From NCBI GenBank assembly GCA_002269645.1, contig NIVC01001119.1, positions 124,001 through 188,000 on the forward strand: a stretch of 64,000 nt of DNA, in the 5' to 3' direction. The stretch is from Macrostomum lignano. Lineage: Eukaryota. Under the pieces are notes generated by a model. The model was not told the DNA's origin and searched no databases. It saw only the letters and a program-made list of their open reading frames with translations. Each line of letters begins with the position of its first letter. Position 1 is the first letter of the stretch. This document shows, one piece after another, positions 26,226 to 37,324 of this stretch. Made by a program: the position numbers and the translations under genes.

Positions 26226-26694
26226 TCAGTCAGTCTTCACATTAGCATAGATAGTTCTAACAAACAGGCTAGCGGCAAGGAAGCCAACAGCCCCGCAAAT
26301 GAGAGCTAAGCCGCAGCAGAACAGAGCCATGAAACTAAAATAAAACGCAGTCTGATACAGGCCGTACATCCGAGTCTTGAAGAAGAAATAGTACACAGCG
26401 TAGACGTACAAATACACGGCCGTAGACGCGCCAGCCATAAAAGAACACCATTGCCAGCGATAGTCCTCGGAGTTCAATAAGAAATAGACGCACACAATAG
26501 TAACGCAGGCCGTGGCACAGAGTAGCAAGGCGAAAGCTAGAAAGCTAAATCCGTACACATAGTAGATTTTGTACGCCCAGAATGAGGTGAACACGTAGTA
26601 CATTTCTACGAAAATTGAAGCGAACGGCAGTAGGCCGCCTAATAGGCAAATAATTGGCGGTTCCGCTAAGCAGTGACGCTTCTCGGGCAGTGGC
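26226..26694 (-). CDS. TM9SF3: transmembrane 9 superfamily member 3, exon 4
   Basis: Acceptor TTACAG|G completes the Arg codon, then [45 protein letters not shown]...EDYRWQW...[10 protein letters not shown]. This is the canonical TM9SF C-terminus. Confidence 0.97.
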
Positions 26695-26807
26695 CTGTAA
26701 TTGACAGGGAGAGGCTGTTAGCCATGGTTTCCCAGAGACAGTATCTGCAGTAGAAGGCTGTTAGCGATGATGGTTTCCACACACCTATAGGTTTAAACAA
26801 ACTCTCT

Positions 26808-27790
26808 ACGATAAACCAAAATGGGATAAACACACCAAGATAAACCACAATGGGATAAACACACCAAGATAAACCAAAATGGGATAAACACACCAAGATA
26901 AACCAAAATCGGATAAACACACCAAGATAAACCAAAATGGGATAAACACACCAAGATAAACCAAAATCGGATAAACACACCAAGATAAACCAAAATCGGA
27001 TAAACACACCAAAATAAACCAAAATCGGATAAACACACCAATATAAACCAGAATAGGATAAACACACCAAGATAAACCAGAATAGGATAAACACACCAAG
27101 ATAAACCAGAATAGGATAACCACACCAAGATAAACCAAAATCGGATAAACACACCAAGATAAACAAGAATGGGATAAACACACCAAGATAAACCAGAATA
27201 GGATAAACACATCAAGATAAACCACAATGGGATAAACACACCAAGATAAACCAGAATAGGATAAACACATCAAGATAAACCAGAATAGGATAAACACACC
27301 AAGATAAACCACAATGGGATAAGCACACCAAGATAAACCACAATGGGATAAACACACCAAGATAAACAAGAATGGGATAAACACACCAAGATAAACCAGA
27401 ATAGGATAAACACATCAAGATAAACCAGAATAGGATAAACACACCAAGATAAACCAGAATAGGATAAACACACCAAGATAAACCAAAATCGGATAAACAC
27501 ACCAAGATAAACAAGAATGGGATAAACACACCAAGATAAACCACAATCGGATAAACACACCAAGATAAACCAGAATGCGATAAACACACCAAGATAAACC
27601 ACAATCGGATAAACACACCAAGATAAACCAGAATGGGATAAACACACCAAGATAAACCACAATCGGATAAACACACCAAGATAAACCACAATGCGATAAA
27701 CACACCAATATAAACCACAATGGGATAAACACACCAAGATAAACCAGAATGGGATAAACACACCAAGATAAACCACAATCGGATAAACAC
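26808..27790. repeat. 29-bp minisatellite filling TM9SF3 intron 3
   Basis: Unit GGGATAAACACACCAAGATAAACCAAAAT, about 34 copies, internally a dimer of GATAAAC subunits. Confidence 0.95.
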
Positions 27791-27850
27791 AATTGAATAT
27801 GCAAGATACTAGGATAAGCAAAACAAATCAGTATTAAACAGAAGGCACAC

Positions 27851-28377
27851 CTTGGCACAGCATTGAGCCTGCAGGGCAGTTTAGAAGGCCGACCGCACAG
27901 ATTCCTACCCAGCAGAGTGCCAATTAGGCTCAACGGTAGCAGAGCGAATGTGACAATAGCCAGCACTGATAGGCCTTGACTCGGCGTTAAGCTGCGCGAC
28001 GAATGATAGCCCACAGCAACCAGGTTAACAGGGAAAGCCACGCCGCAGATCAGGCTGGGCGGCAGCAGAGCCTGAGCGACACCCTGACGAATCCAACGCG
28101 GAGACGCAGCCTGACCATTATTGCTACTACTACTAGTAGCAGTTGACGCTAAATAAAATCTCGAATATAAAGCTGCGCCAACGAATCCGCCGATAGGCGA
28201 CGACGCCGAATAGAGGAAGATCGCGGCCGAGACCAGGCCGGCCCGTTCGCCGTTCATGTCGACGGACATGGCTAGCAGAATGAGGCACAATACTACGAAG
28301 GACAGCTGCACGCCCGACCCCACTAGGATGGAGAAGGTTGTCGGCTGTGCTGGTGGACGAAACACATCGCCGTACAC
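27851..28377 (-). CDS. TM9SF3: TM9SF3 exon 3
   Basis: Acceptor CCACAG|GTG; VYGDVFRPP...LLGRNLCGRPSKLPCRLNAVPR; donor AG|GTGTGC, phase 2. Confidence 0.96.
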
Positions 28378-28454
28378 CTGTGGGGGGGGAGATTTCGGTC
28401 CCGTGACAGGCTTTATTGGTACCTCAAGGGCGATCATCCGATGGACAGGGGAAT

Positions 28455-28960
28455 CTTAGGGGAGATTCTGTCAGGTGGGAATCTCATGGGGGAGATTCTC
28501 TCTCAGGTGGGACTCTCATAGGGGAGATTCTCTCTCAGGTGGGAGTCTCATAGGGGCAATTCTCTCTCAGGTGGGAGTCTCATAGCGGAGATTGTCTCTC
28601 TCAGGTGGGAGTCTCATAGTGGAGATTGTCTCTCTCCCAGGTGGGAGTCTCATAGTGGAGATTGTCTCTCTCAGGTGGGAACTCATAGTGGAGATTGTCT
28701 CTCTCTCAGGTGGGAGTCTCATATAGGGGAGATTCTCTCTCAGATGGGAGTCTCATAGGGGAGCTTCTCTCTGAGTTGGGAATCTCATAGGGGAGCTTCT
28801 CTCTCAGTTGGAAATCTCATAGGGGAGATTCTCTCTTAGGTGGGAGTCTCATAGGGAGCTTCTCTATCAGTTGGGAGTCTCATAGGGGAGATTCTCTCTC
28901 AGGTGAAAGTTTCATAGGAGAGATTCTCTCAGGTGGACTCTCATAGGGGATTCTCTCAGA
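28455..28960. repeat. 32-bp minisatellite filling TM9SF3 intron 2
   Basis: Unit CTCTCAGGTGGGAGTCTCATAGGGGAGATTCT, about 16 copies. Confidence 0.93.
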
Positions 28961-28996
28961 TGGTATACCCCAATATCCCAGAGTGAAAAAACGAAC

Positions 28997-29245
28997 CTGT
29001 TTCCAACCGAATTCGTCGCTAAAGCTCCGCTCCAGTTCCCATTGGCTTTCCTCGGCTCGGCTATACCTAGAGTAGTCGCGTCTGAGCAGTCTCGTGAGCA
29101 GGAAAGCTACCAGGCACACTAGGAAAGCGGCCATAGCGAAGCTGTTGCACAACGAGAACCAGTGAATGTGATGGTGAAAGAAGCTCGGGTCCAAGTACTT
29201 GTCAAAGCGTTTGTCGAACGGCACGTCCGACTGACGGAAAATCAC
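28997..29245 (-). CDS. TM9SF3: TM9SF3 exon 2
   Basis: [36 protein letters not shown]...SDEFGWKQ; donor CAG|GTTCGT. The acceptor is either AAAAAG| at 29246 or in-frame TTCCAG| at 29288. Confidence 0.95.
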
Positions 29246-29394
29246 CTTTTTTATTTTTAGGGTGCGGGGGGGGGCAGGTTTTGAAGGCTGGAAATTAATT
29301 GCATAAAAACTGTGACCGATGACTGTAAGACTCCGCTTAGTAGGAAAATGAAAATCTAATTTTGCTGAAATATCGATTGAGAAACCGGCATTAG

Positions 29395-30790
29395 ACGATA
29401 ATCTCACTTTGGAGATTTATAAGATAGATAATTTCACCACGGATATTGAAAGATAATCTCACCCTAGAGATTACAGATTGGTGTCTCACCCCAAAGTTTA
29501 TAGACTGATAATCTCACCCTAGACATTACAGACTGGTGTTCCACCCCAAAGTTTATAGACTGATAATCTCAGCCTAGAGATTACAGACTGGTTTTCCACC
29601 CCAAAGTTTATAGACTGATAATCTCAGCCTAGAGATTACAGACTGGTGTTCCACCCCAAAGTTTATAGACTGATAATCTCAGCCTAGAGATTACAGACTG
29701 GTGTTCCACTCCAAAGTTTATAGACTGATAATCTCAGCCTAGAGATTACAGATTGGTGTCTCACCCCAAAGTTTATAGACTGATAATCTCAGCCTAGAGA
29801 TTACAGACTGGTGTTCCACCCCAAAGTTTATAGACTGATAATCTCAGCCTAGAGATTACAGATTGGTGTCTCACCCCAAAGTTTATAGACTGATAATCTC
29901 AGCCTAGAGATTACAGACTGGTTTTCCACCCCAAAGTTTATAGACTGATAATCTCAGCCTAGAGATTACAGACTGGTGTTCCACCCCAAAGTTTATAGAC
30001 TGATAATCTCAGCCTAGAGATTACAGACTGGTGTTCCACTCCAAAGTTTATAGACTGATAATCTCAGCCTAGAGATTACAGATTGGTGTCTCACCCCAAA
30101 GTTTATAGACTGATAATCTCAGCCTAGAGATTACAGACTGGTGTTCCACCCCAAAGTTTATAGACTGATAATCTCAGCCTAGAGATTACAGATTGGTGTC
30201 TCACCCCTAAGTTTATAGACTGATAATCTCAGCCTAGAGATTACAGATTGGTGTCCCACCCCAAAGTTTATAGACTGATAATCTCAGCCTAGAGATGACG
30301 GACTGGTGTCCCACCCTAGAGGTAAGAGACAGATAATTTCACCCTAGATATTAGACTGATAATCTCACCCAAAAGGTAACAGACAACCTCACCCCAGAGA
30401 AAACGGACAGATAATCTCACCCCAGAAGAAACAGACAGATAATCTCACCCAGAGTAAACGGACAGATAATCTCACCCCAGAAGAAACAGACAGATAATCT
30501 TACCCCAGAGTAAACGGACAGATAATCTCACCCCAGAAGAAACAGACAGATAATCTTACCCCAGAGTAAACGGACAGATAATCTCACCCCAGAAGAAACA
30601 GACAGATAATCTTACCCCAGAGTAAACGGACAGATAATCTCACCCCAGAAGAAACAGACAGATAATCTTACCCCAGAGTAAACGGACAGATAATCTCACC
30701 CCAGAAGAAACAGACAGATAATCTTACCCCAGAGTAAACGGACAGATAATCTCACCCCAGAAGAAACAGACAGATAATCTCAACCCTGAG
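29395..30790. repeat. 55-bp and 28/56-bp related minisatellites filling TM9SF3 intron 1
   Basis: About 16 x 55-bp unit GATAATCTCAGCCTAGAGATTACAGACTGGTGTTCCACCCCAAAGTTTATAGACT, then about 15 alternating 28-bp monomers GATAATCT(C/T)ACCCCAGA... Confidence 0.95.
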
Positions 30791-30861
30791 ACTGAAATCT
30801 TATCCTAGAAAATCTTATGTGGCACAGAACTCGCTCACTTCCAACCCCCAGGTGAACAGAC

Positions 30862-31458
30862 CTCGTAGGAAAAGGCGATCCGAGCCCCAGGCCTGATAAG
30901 CCGCTTCGCTGCGCTAGTGAGATTGACGTCTACAATTTGACCGTTATTAATGCCGATTTGAAAGCGCTTATGCGTCCACAAGTAGTATCTGTCTGAGTCG
31001 GACTCGCTAACCTCTCCAACAATGCCCCAGACTGGTAGGTCGTCAATAAACAGCTGATACCAATACTGATTTTGCACGGCATAGATTAGCTGCTGAGCAG
31101 TGTCCTCAGTCAGCACAATTCTGCAGTAGGTTGTCCGCCTAACTGGCATGTTAAAATCGATATCTAGGCCGGCTAGTTCGAGTTCAACGCCTTGAAACGC
31201 TTCGCCAAGTGTTTCGTGATAATGCGCAATGCCTTCTTTAGGGCCTCGGCAGAATGGCAATGAGAAATAGGAATAAGTCTCCTGCCGATTGTGGTATGGG
31301 CCGACAGTGTTCATCCAGACCACCACCTCTTCTCCGTCTTCGTACACGTGATTGTGCTCATCGGCTGAGACTAGCGGCGCTAATGATAGCCACAGATAAA
31401 TACAAAACAGAAGCCATGTAAGAAATGCGATTCGTTGCTTTAATTCACTACTGGCCAT
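30862..31458 (-). CDS. TM9SF3: TM9SF3 exon 1 (signal peptide, luminal domain); full model 613 aa
   Basis: Signal peptide then ADEHNHVY...[23 protein letters not shown]...[14 protein letters not shown]...[14 protein letters not shown], which is the diagnostic TM9SF3 N-terminus. Donor GAG|GTCTGT. The four exons total 1842 nt, in frame. Confidence 0.97.
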
Positions 31459-31573
31459 ATCAAGTAGTAGCAGTCAGTGTGGTCCGGCTGGGCCAGTCTT
31501 GAAATCATAAACCAGCAGGTTAGCTGCTTTGCATGCTGGTAACCATTTTAACACTGCCTTCCTCTTCTCCTTA

Positions 31574-32290
31574 CATCCCAGATCCCCCTGCATCCTAGAC
31601 CCCCTGCATTCCTGATCCCCCTGCATCCCAGATCCCCCTGCATCCCAGATCCCCCTGCATCCCAGATCCCCCTGCATCCCAGATCCCCCTGCATCCCAGA
31701 TCCCCCTGCATTCCTGATCCCCCTGCATCCCAGATCCCCCGCATCCCAGATCCCCCCTGCATCCCAGATCCCCCTGCATCCCAGATCCCCCTGCATCCCA
31801 GATCCCCCTGCATCCCAGATCCCCCTGCATCCCAGATCCCCCTGCATCCCAGATCCCCCTGCATCCCAGATCCCCCTGCATCCCAGATCCCTCTGCATCC
31901 CAGATCCCCCTGCATCCCAGATCCCCCTGCATCCCAGATCCCCCTGCATCCCAGATCCCCCTGCATCCCTGATCCCCCTGCATCCCAGATCCCCCTGCAT
32001 CCCAGATCTCCCTGCATCTCTGATCCCTCACAATCCTGATCCCCTCACAATCATGATACCTTCACATCCCTGATCCCCTCAAATCCCTGATCCCCCTACA
32101 TCCTCGATCCCCTCACATTCCTGATCCCCTCACATTCCTGATCCCCTCATATTCCTGATCCCCTCATATTCCTGATCCCCTCATATTCCTGATCCCCTCA
32201 TATTCCTGATCCCCTCATATTCCTGATCCCCTCACAATCCTGATCTCCTCACATTCCTGATCCCCTCACAATCCTGAACCCCTTACATCC
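31574..32290. repeat. 17-bp minisatellite CATCCCAGATCCCCCTG upstream of TM9SF3 ATG
   Basis: About 27 copies, grading into a 17-bp variant CACATTCCTGATCCCCT. Confidence 0.95.
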
Positions 32291-33517
32291 CTGGCTTTAA
32301 CCAGATAGGTCAAACGATGCTATCTAAAGTACATTTAAGGCGAAAAAACTCAAGCCAAGCTTCGATATGAATTGGCAAGATTATAGAAAAATATATAGGC
32401 CACAATTGTTTCAACCTGTTTATTTTAGTTAATAATTAATTTGCAAATAAACATGAGTTTCGCAAATTAGTTATGATAATAATAATATAGTAAAGAAGCA
32501 TAACCACAGTTACAAGAGCGTATTAAAAACTTTAGCCAACCACCCACCCAGAAAAACCTTGGAACATAATAAGCAGTTGATAGTTAACAGTATTAAAACA
32601 GTAAATTACATAATAATAATTCAACACACGTCAGAAACATTCACCACCTGAATCTTTCATCACCTATCACTCATCAAAAAAGCTAGCATTTTGGTTGCAC
32701 CGTTAACTACAAAATAAAAAAACGCACCAGACATTTCACACGGCTAATTTACTGATCAAATTCATTTGCTAAAGAAAATTAGCACACGAAGGATTCAATC
32801 AAAATCATGTAGTAAGCTGATCGGACAGAAGCAACAATTGCAAAACAAAATTAGCACAAAAAAGGCGAAAATTCGAACAGAAAAAATATGATTATTCATC
32901 ATATTTATCAATTCATTTGTGCTTTTGAGTCCCTACATTAAATCTTCAACGTTTAAATTTTACAATCCAGCATGCGAACCGGATGGTGTTTTAACTCGCT
33001 TAACTCATATTCCAACCATAGATACTAAAAATACCAAGTTAGCAGCGCCTTGTCTGGTCTACTCAGTTCAGTAGCAAAACTAGCGTTTTTTGCTAATTTT
33101 AGAACTGAGATGGAAAATAGATTTGATTTGGCAATTGCATTTAATAGGTCATTTAGGTATGGGTGATTTCAATATGAAACTTTAAACCTACTAAACCATT
33201 AGAATAGGCGATTCTAGTAAGACACCTGAACACTTTACCTTTTGATAACCGATATGTATCGAAAATAACTTTTCTCACTAGTCGTGAAATTCAAATTAGA
33301 AGTCAAAGCGAGACAAAGCACAACTGAGCTCGGGATTATATAGGCAGATTAAAATTTTCGGATGCAGTTGAATTGATATTAAAAATAATTCCGTCACAGA
33401 AACTCAATGAAAAATAAATAAATACCAGCAGCATCGCGACTCTGCGCTGCTAGCACAATCACAAAGTGTGCAAGTGTGTGTTATTGGAACGCTGTACGCC
33501 CGTTGCTTTCTTGTAGA

Positions 33518-33527
33518 GTGACGTCAC
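33518..33527. promoter_or_regulatory. CRE-like palindrome GTGACGTCAC, candidate TM9SF3 promoter element
   Basis: Perfect TGACGTCA in a CpG-containing patch about 2 kb upstream of the TM9SF3 ATG. The transcription start is not known. Confidence 0.3.
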
Positions 33528-34224
33528 AGGTAAAAAATGAATAAATAATAAATGTGTGAACCCGAAATGATTATATACCATGTCAGACACTGAAATATAA
33601 TGAGGATATATTAATGGTCGTTACGAAGAACAATTAATAAATTAATTATATAGTAAAAATACTCGATGGCGCAATCAATTGCTAATGTAATATTACAAGT
33701 TTACCTTATGCAAAGGTTCCGCGGAGCAGGTGAAGAAGAACAAAGTGTACTTTATTGAGGACAAAAAATACATATATAATAGCGATAACTCTGGGGCAAA
33801 GCTAGCAATATACGGGGACAGGTATATGAGTTGCAGAAAACCTAAAGAACTACTAAACTGCCTTGGCCAAATCTGACAATTAAAAGCGGGAAGAGAAGCT
33901 CAACTGTCTTTCCGAAAGAAAAATATCAGGCACGAAAATTAGCAAGGTAGCAACAGTAGCTCAAAAGAGATTCTATGCGGAAATGAGAAGAGGAAATATT
34001 AATTATGAACCAAAAAGTTTATTAGGAAAACAATGCCAACAACTTTACATCGGGTGCAATTAAAATGATGCACTACTTACTCAACAATCTAATCAGTAAG
34101 CAGTGTGCGTATTAAGGATATCAGAGAAATACCAGTCGAAAATTTGTAGCAAATTTATTATTGCTATTAATTAAAAAAACTGAAAATGAGCTTGCACAAC
34201 CCAGGCCTTCCGTTTTGGTGTACA

Positions 34225-34520
34225 TACGTTTGAATGTCTGTCTGTCTGTCAGCCTGTCTGTCTGTCAGCCTGTCTGTCTGTCAGCCTGTCTGTCTGTCTG
34301 TCTGTCTGTCTGTCAGCCTGTCTGTCTGTATGTCCTGTCTGTCTGTCAGCCTGTCTGTCTGTCAGCCTGTCTGTCTGTCTGTCTGTCAGCCTGTCTGTCT
34401 GTCTGTCAGCCTGTCTGTCTGTATGTCCTGTCTGTTCTGTCTGTCTGTCAGCCTGTCTGTCTGTATGTCTCGTATCTATTTATCAATCCATCCATCTATG
34501 TATCTATCTACGCTCGCATC
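34225..34520. repeat. CTGT/CAGC compound microsatellite
   Basis: (CTGT)n interrupted by GTCAGCCT units. Confidence 0.9.
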
Positions 34521-35026
34521 AACACTCTAGTGCACCTGCCAATCACAAAAACATATCTCAAAACACGGAAGGCCCGAACTGTGTACGTCTCAACATCGCA
34601 GGAAATCACTGCTGAATATGTATTGCATGCTATGAAGTTACACGCAAAGCACATGAAATGACCTCAAAAACTCACAAAAGACACCAAAGAGCAGGCGACC
34701 AAACAAAAATGTCTACAACGGTTGGTCAGAATTAAGACTAGTAGACACATATGGGTAACTCACTACTCGCCTGTCAGAAGCATTTATTAAGTAGTATTTA
34801 ACTGGCATGCAGAAAAACAAGAAACAAGTAATTTACCCAATTCTATGTACAGCATGGCAGGGGCAGTTACAGAGAATTCATTACAAGCTATAACTTCAAC
34901 CGGAGGGTTCCAATTCCGACACCAATGTTACTGTGCAGTAGAGAACAAAAAAACAAATTAAACAGTAATATCGCGTATACTACTAGTGGAACTAGTAGTT
35001 TAAACGGACATTTATCTATAATTGAT

Positions 35027-35379
35027 TTATTGTTGTTGCTGCGACCTAACCGGGCATAGAAAATCCTCTTTATCCTCGATAAAATATTGCTTCTCATGCA
35101 GGTAGCTTTTCACTCTGATTGGCAATGGCAGCCGGTCGATGTGGTCGCGGCGAGTTCTGGCTAGAATTTCAAATCGGCACAGGTGACTCAGCGAGGTCAT
35201 CACGGTGAATCTAGACAGGGGATACAGCATCGACACTTGAATTGGCGGCATGCCAGGCGCGCTGGACGATAGAAAGTAGTGAAAATTGCCAGTCTTTGAA
35301 TAAGCGACCGCACTTTCAATGAATTCTACTATGGTGCTGGCCGAATGGTTCTCCGGCTGCGACCAGAAGCTGAACTTGC
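35027..35379 (-). CDS. SOCS7: SOCS7-like, exon 3 (SH2 C-terminal half + SOCS box)
   Basis: Acceptor TTTCAG|GC, phase 1. GKFSFWSQP...IVEFIESAVAYSKTGNFHYFL...LYPLSRF..MTSLSHLCRF...DHIDRLPLP..VKSYL closely follows the SOCS7 SH2/SOCS-box pattern. Confidence 0.93.
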
Positions 35380-35430
35380 CTGAAATTATTCCCGATGGCG
35401 CGGAATAGCGAAGTGTGAACTTACTATTTA

Positions 35431-35736
35431 CATCTGGGAAGCTAGTTGCTATGCAATGGGGATCTGGGAAGCTAGTTGCTATGCAATGGGGATCTGGGAA
35501 GTTAGTTGCTATGCAATGAGGATCTGGGAAGCTAGTTGCTATGCAATGAGGATTTGGGGAGCTAGTTGCTATGCAATGGGGATCTGGGAAGCTGGTTGCT
35601 ATGCAATGGGGATCTGGGAAGCTGGTTGCTATGCAATGGAGATCTGGGAAGCTAGTTGCTATCCAATGAGGATCTGGGAAGCTATTTGCTATGCAATGGG
35701 GATCTGGGAAGCTAGTTGCTATGCAATGGGGATCTG
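35431..35736. repeat. 30-bp minisatellite at 3' end of SOCS7 intron 2
   Basis: 10 copies of GATCTGGGAAGCTAGTTGCTATGCAATGGG, ending about 50 nt from the acceptor. Confidence 0.95.
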
Positions 35737-35942
35737 AGAAGCGCAAGCTGTAACCGAATAAATCCGACAACTTATGCCAACTCCATGTACGCAACTGCAG
35801 TGCGCATTATTTAAAAGTACGCAAGCCAACACGTGTTTGGCACGAACGTACACTAGAAAGGGGGGAGAAGCTTAAAGTCAGCTAGCGAATTTCATAAAAA
35901 ATAATAATTGCTAGAAAGCAAAAAAGTCGTTTTCTTGTGCTT

Positions 35943-35954
35943 GCTCTCTCTCTG

Positions 35955-36030
<76 letters not shown>
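35943..36030. repeat. (CT)n microsatellite
   Basis: About 40 dinucleotide units. Confidence 0.95.
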
Positions 36031-36036
<6 letters not shown>

Positions 36037-36457
36037 GGGCAAATAGAGAAAACTGTGCCAAAATTCTGGTAGCTGGCAGTTGACGGGCACAGAGAGCGGT
36101 TGGGTAAGAAACGAGAGAGGCGCGCGCACACACAGAGTGCAAAAACGTGCTTTGCATTGCGTATATGTAGATATATCGCTATTAGTCCTTACTAAGTATT
36201 TTATGGTATGGCGCGAAGGGAAGAGAGACGAAGATTTTTCCTTAGGAAAGAGGGAAACTAGGAGAAGTAAGAGGCGCGGAGCGAAACAGACACAAGGCAA
36301 CTGCAAGTGTGTTGAACTGCATTCCATCCGAAGCCTGGACTAAATCTATCTAAATAGCATTATGCCGAAGAGAAAGGTCAGCTGTCAAGAGCTGGGCGAA
36401 GTTTGTTGGTGTGGTGGTTTTTAGCTGGATTTAGGACAGTTAATATCCGTATGCCCC

Positions 36458-36773
36458 AACACCTAAATAATCCCTTTGCCAACACCTGAATAATCCCTTT
36501 GCCAACACCTGAATAATCCCTTTGCCAGCACCTGAATAATCCCTATGCCAACACCTGAATAATCCCATTGCCAACACCTGAATAATCCCTTTGCCAGCAC
36601 CTAAATAATCCCTTTGCCAACACCTGAATAATCCCTTTGCCAACACCTGAATAATCCCTTTGCCAGCACCTAAATAATCCCTTTGCCAACACCTGAATAG
36701 TCCCTTTGCCAACACCTAAATAATCCCTTTGCCAACACCTGAATAGTCCCTTTGCCAACACCTGAATAATCCC
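36458..36773. repeat. 23-bp minisatellite AACACCTGAATAATCCCTTTGCC
   Basis: About 14 contiguous copies with no spacers. Confidence 0.95.
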
Positions 36774-37324
36774 AAAAATCCCAAAAATCCCTTTGCCATG
36801 TGAATAATCCCTTAAATATCCATTCAATAAGGAACCCTAATAATACTTAGCCAACAGTTCAATAAGTGCAATACAGCACAGAATCAGTAAGCTGATTTCA
36901 TACGGCACAAGCTCAATAGTACTAAGCAATAATCACTCTCTTGTGTGTGCACTTTAGGGACAGAAAAGACAGGAGAGGCGGCTGCGCTGAAGCACGGGAG
37001 GGGGGTGATTTTTCTTCAATTCGACCGACACCATCAGCAGGGGGTGGCATGTTGCTGGAGTTCGTGCGTGCATTTTTATGTGCTAGCTAGGCCAGCCATT
37101 CTCCTTATATAGTTTGCCATCCCACGCATGCTGTTGCCGTATTTCCGCTGCCTTAGGGTAACTCAGTACAGCATATACATTCACATCAAAATACTATCGG
37201 CCTAGGCAGTTCAGGAATCCTCGTAACCTAAAAGTATTCCATTTCCATAATTCTCCTCCGCTTCTTTTATTCTCAGCTTCACGCGGGCCAACAAACAAAT
37301 AAATGTAGTAAATGAGTAGATCTA

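Noticed and set aside
35431-35794. N-terminal DPHCIATSF repeats of the 255-aa ORF as part of SOCS7
   Set aside because: These are intronic. The SH2 alignment resumes exactly at acceptor 35380 in phase with exon 2.
36458-36773. CRISPR-like regular 23-30 bp repeats (also 35431, 40000, 59586)
   Set aside because: The units are contiguous with no unique spacers, there are no cas genes, and the context is eukaryotic introns.
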